Assembly: GCA_963817895.1 (NCBI GenBank)
Contig: CAWFQB010000002.1
Coordinates: 576,001 to 640,000 of the forward strand
Direction: 5' to 3'
Length of the DNA: 64,000 nucleotides
From: an uncultured Chthonomonadaceae bacterium
GTDB taxonomy: Bacteria; Armatimonadota; Chthonomonadetes; Chthonomonadales; Chthonomonadaceae
The position numbers and the translations under genes were made by a program. How positions within the stretch are numbered: position 1 is the stretch's first letter; the number at the start of each line of letters is the position of its first letter. Of the stretch, positions 60,995 to 64,000 are shown piece after piece. Under the pieces are notes generated by a model, which saw only the letters and a program-made list of their open reading frames with translations, made no database searches and was not told where the DNA came from.

Positions 60995-63265
60995 CTAGTT
61001 GACGGCAGACGCGCCGGTTGCGGCGCGGCCTTTTTCCAGAACGCCGCGCGCTGTTACCAGGCGGTTGTGGGCATCCGTCAACTCTATCAGGGCGTCGGTG
61101 CGGGCGGCGCGGAGCGAATTGCTGATTTGCGCCTCATTGGAACCGATATACTTGCGCAGGTAGCCGATGGACTGCGCGAGCAGGGCCGCGCCCTGTCCGT
61201 AATGGGCGTGGGTCACGTCCTGTCCGGCGGCGGGCGGCAGTTTGTCCAGAAAGTCGGACGCGGCTTCGGTACGCTCTTTCAAGTCCGTCGCGTGCTGCAT
61301 CAGGTCGGCGTTGGCGCGTTTGCCCACGCCGCCAACAATTTCATTCACCTGATCCAGCATGTCCTTCATGCGCGATTCGAGCAGTAGCATGATCTCGAAA
61401 TAATCGCCCTGATACGTTTGCGTGTCGGTTGCCGGAGTCAGACTCCGCGCCCGCTCGATCTGCTGCAAACACGCGGCATACTGCGTGGTGTCACTGCCCG
61501 CCCGCGCCACCAGAACGCGCGCCAATCGGCGGTGCGGGAGGGGGCTTTTCGGATCGTTCTTTGCCGCGCTTTCAAACGCGGTCAGGGCTTCGGCAAACTG
61601 GCTGTCGCCCAGCAGAGCGTCGCCAAGCGCAACCTGCGCAGCCGTATCTTTCGGGTTTGCGGCAATCACGTCGCGCAGCATTTTAATGGCGTTGGCGGTA
61701 TCGCCCTTGCTGAACAGGCTGTTGGCGCGCAGGCGGGACAGGTCGGCGTCGTTCGGAGCCAATCGCGCTGCCCGCTCGATTTCCGATACGGCCATATCGG
61801 GCATTTGCCGATCCTGATAGGCGATAATCAGTTTTTTGCGCAGGTTCAAATCGCCCGGATTTTCGTTGATGGCCTGCCGCAGCGTTTCGATGGCGTTGGA
61901 CAGGTCGCCCGTCTGCCGATACCGATCCGCGATGGCCTCAAGATTTACTTTATCCGAGGGCGCAACCGGGGCTACCAGAGTCGGCTCGGTCAGCAGGCTC
62001 GCGCCCGCGTCCGTGTTCAGAATGGCAGGCTGATTTTTGCGGCTGTCCGGGTCGTTTTTGGGACGGGCATCGGTGACGAGCGGCAGGGCGGGCGGCGTGG
62101 CTGCCGAGGGTGTTTCCTGCGGGTTCGCGCCGTTGTTTCCATTGCCGCTCTCACCGGCAACAGGTGGATTTCCGGCAGTATTGCGGACAATCTGTGTATT
62201 GCGCGTATTTTTAGCAGGCTGCTTGCCCGGTTTCGCCGTCTTGTTTCTTCCACCTGAAGGCGTTTTCTCCGGCGTTACCGTATCCGTATCGGCGGGCGTG
62301 TTGTTCCGCGCCGCGCTGTTCCCGGTTGCCGCGTTCGCGCCGCTATCACCGGTACGGCTCGTTACCGGATTTCCTGTTTTTTCCGAAGTTCCCGCCGCGC
62401 CGCCCGTACTGCCTGCCGTTTTCTGACCGCCCGCGTTTGCGCTGTTATCGTTCTCGTTGGTCGTATCGGGCGTGTTTTTGGCGACAGCCGTATCGTCCTG
62501 CCCGTTGTCGCCGCTCTTATCTTTGCCGTTTTTGGCGACTTTGTCTTTTTTGCTTTTCTTCGGGTCCGTCTTGCCGATGATGCGGGTTTTATTGAGATGG
62601 ATGTTGTCGGCAAGATGGGAGGGGATGCCCAGATACCTGTCAATGTTGTCTACCATCAGCGCCAGCATCTGGTCATTTTTCAGGCGCATTTTGCCGATTT
62701 GCGCGTCTATGGTGAACGGCTGCGACAGGGGCGTAATCCACTGTTCCGAACCCGCGTCCTGCATCAGGCGCGCCTCGGTTTTCAGGCTGGCCTTGTCCAT
62801 GTCGCTGCTAACCATTAAAATGCTGCGCGCGCCGATGATACCGGCGAGTTTTTGCAGCGACGCGGGCGCAATGGGTTCGGCCAGTTCCGAGGCGGTAATG
62901 GCGTGTTCCAGCAGAGCGCGGCGGATACTGGGATGATCCGGGCTGTACAATATCACCTGATACTTGCGCGACTCGCGCACGGACGTTCGCAGCATCAGCG
63001 ACAACGCGCTATTCACATCGTCGCGCTTTGCGGGCGTTCCCACTGGCCGCTGCACGACGAGGAGCAGGATGGGCAGACCGTCGGGGGTGGCTGGTGGCTG
63101 GTGGTTGGTGGTTGGTGGCTGCGTATCATCAGTCTTCTGTTTTACGTCTTCAGTCTTTGGGTTGGCATCCTGCGCATACACGGGCGCGGGCATCAGCCAC
63201 GAACCGCCAGCCGCCAACCACCAACCACCAGCCACCAGCCACCCGCATTTCGTTAATTGCCGCAT
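60995..63265 (-). CDS. Secreted tetratricopeptide repeat protein with a long low-complexity linker
   Basis: Signal peptide (VYA-QD), T/N/G-rich linker, TPR-like helices in the C-terminal half. Confidence 0.8.
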   Translation of the reverse strand: MRQLTKCGWLVAGGWWLAAGGSWLMPAPVYAQDANPKTEDVKQKTDDTQPPTTNHQPPATPDGLPILLLVVQRPVGTPAKRDDVNSALSLMLRTSVRESRKYQVILYSPDHPSIRRALLEHAITASELAEPIAPASLQKLAGIIGARSILMVSSDMDKASLKTEARLMQDAGSEQWITPLSQPFTIDAQIGKMRLKNDQMLALMVDNIDRYLGIPSHLADNIHLNKTRIIGKTDPKKSKKDKVAKNGKDKSGDNGQDDTAVAKNTPDTTNENDNSANAGGQKTAGSTGGAAGTSEKTGNPVTSRTGDSGANAATGNSAARNNTPADTDTVTPEKTPSGGRNKTAKPGKQPAKNTRNTQIVRNTAGNPPVAGESGNGNNGANPQETPSAATPPALPLVTDARPKNDPDSRKNQPAILNTDAGASLLTEPTLVAPVAPSDKVNLEAIADRYRQTGDLSNAIETLRQAINENPGDLNLRKKLIIAYQDRQMPDMAVSEIERAARLAPNDADLSRLRANSLFSKGDTANAIKMLRDVIAANPKDTAAQVALGDALLGDSQFAEALTAFESAAKNDPKSPLPHRRLARVLVARAGSDTTQYAACLQQIERARSLTPATDTQTYQGDYFEIMLLLESRMKDMLDQVNEIVGGVGKRANADLMQHATDLKERTEAASDFLDKLPPAAGQDVTHAHYGQGAALLAQSIGYLRKYIGSNEAQISNSLRAARTDALIELTDAHNRLVTARGVLEKGRAATGASAVN

Positions 63266-64000
63266 GATTTAATCCCTTTTTCGCAGACGCGGACGCCGTT
63301 GCGCGCGGTTTCGGGGTCGCGGGCTTCCAGCTTGCGGTACTCGTTGATGGCCCGCTCAAAATCGGATTTAGCGGAGGCAAGATCGTTCAGTTGTTGAAAG
63401 CAGAGAGCGCGTTGTTGCAGCACGTAGCCCATCTGGTCGCCCGCGCTGGCAAGCGACTTGGTAAAAGCGTCAATCGCGCCTTTGTAATCGCGCGAACGTT
63501 TTTTCTCATCGCCGAGCGCCAGAAAGGAGCGGGATTCCGTAGTTGTCCCCGGACCGGGCGGGGGAACGGTTTTCACTGCGCCGGTCGGAGTTTTGTCTAC
63601 CACGATGCGGCTGAAACCGTTGCCTTCACTTCCGCCCTCGTTCTTTTTGCCGGGAACATCCCCGGAGGTGACCTGCATGATGATCTTGCCGTTACCCTCG
63701 GTCCCATCCGGGTCGCCGGTCAGAACGACACGTCCACCATTACCGTCGTTGGCTGTATTGCCGGAATTGCCTCTGTTTGCGGTTGTTTTTGGCGGCTTTA
63801 TTCCCGGCAGGCGCGGGGAAGCGGGGGCGCTGGAAGCGGAAGGTACAGGCACATACCGGATCGGGCCTTGCTTGACAATCACGATAGGATTGGGGGAACC
63901 GGGCGGGTTCGCGCCCAATGTGGGCAGGTTGTTGGGTACAATCGGATTTACGCCGGGATTGTTTGCGCCGGGGCCGTTGGGAGCGGCGGGACCGGGCAGG
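63253..64000 (-). CDS. Pro-rich protein with C-terminal TPR, 5' end outside the window
   Basis: Pro/Asn-rich region then LGDEK..DYKGAIDAFTK...AKSDFERA TPR-like motifs. Confidence 0.7.
   Translation of the reverse strand, partial: LPGPAAPNGPGANNPGVNPIVPNNLPTLGANPPGSPNPIVIVKQGPIRYVPVPSASSAPASPRLPGIKPPKTTANRGNSGNTANDGNGGRVVLTGDPDGTEGNGKIIMQVTSGDVPGKKNEGGSEGNGFSRIVVDKTPTGAVKTVPPPGPGTTTESRSFLALGDEKKRSRDYKGAIDAFTKSLASAGDQMGYVLQQRALCFQQLNDLASAKSDFERAINEYRKLEARDPETARNGVRVCEKGIKSCGN

Overview
A 64-kb, fairly GC-rich bacterial chromosomal segment. Gene content (DUF1559 prepilin-type protein, Tat-exported Gfo/Idh/MocA plus HEAT-repeat pair, flagellin, Rpn/DUF4351 protein) is compatible with Armatimonadota or a similar soil lineage; this is an inference. 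The window holds about 50 CDS: carbohydrate-active and metabolic genes (GH95, GH29, AGE epimerase, SSS transporter, sugar isomerases), a duplicated general-stress cluster (2x SRPBCC plus Zn-dependent dehydrogenase around PfpI), an ECF sigma operon, flagellin, a complete ISAzo13 element (IRs, TTA target duplication, A7G slippery site), two HNH nucleases and a MoxR-like/DUF2201-vWA pair. It also holds a three-gene EAD1-DUF4062-like-TIR-AAA_35 / AAA_35 / AAA_35-TM operon that looks like a conflict or defence system. Intergenic DNA is rich in REP-like hairpins and inverted short tandem-repeat arrays. Many otherwise intact genes carry single-base frameshifts, which suggests uncorrected long-read errors rather than real pseudogenes. 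The most interesting candidates are the triple AAA_35 operon and an anti-sigma-like protein whose outer domain is a signal peptidase I with Ala at the catalytic Ser position. No rRNA, tRNA or CRISPR array was recognised. All family calls come from motif recognition by eye, not from database searches.
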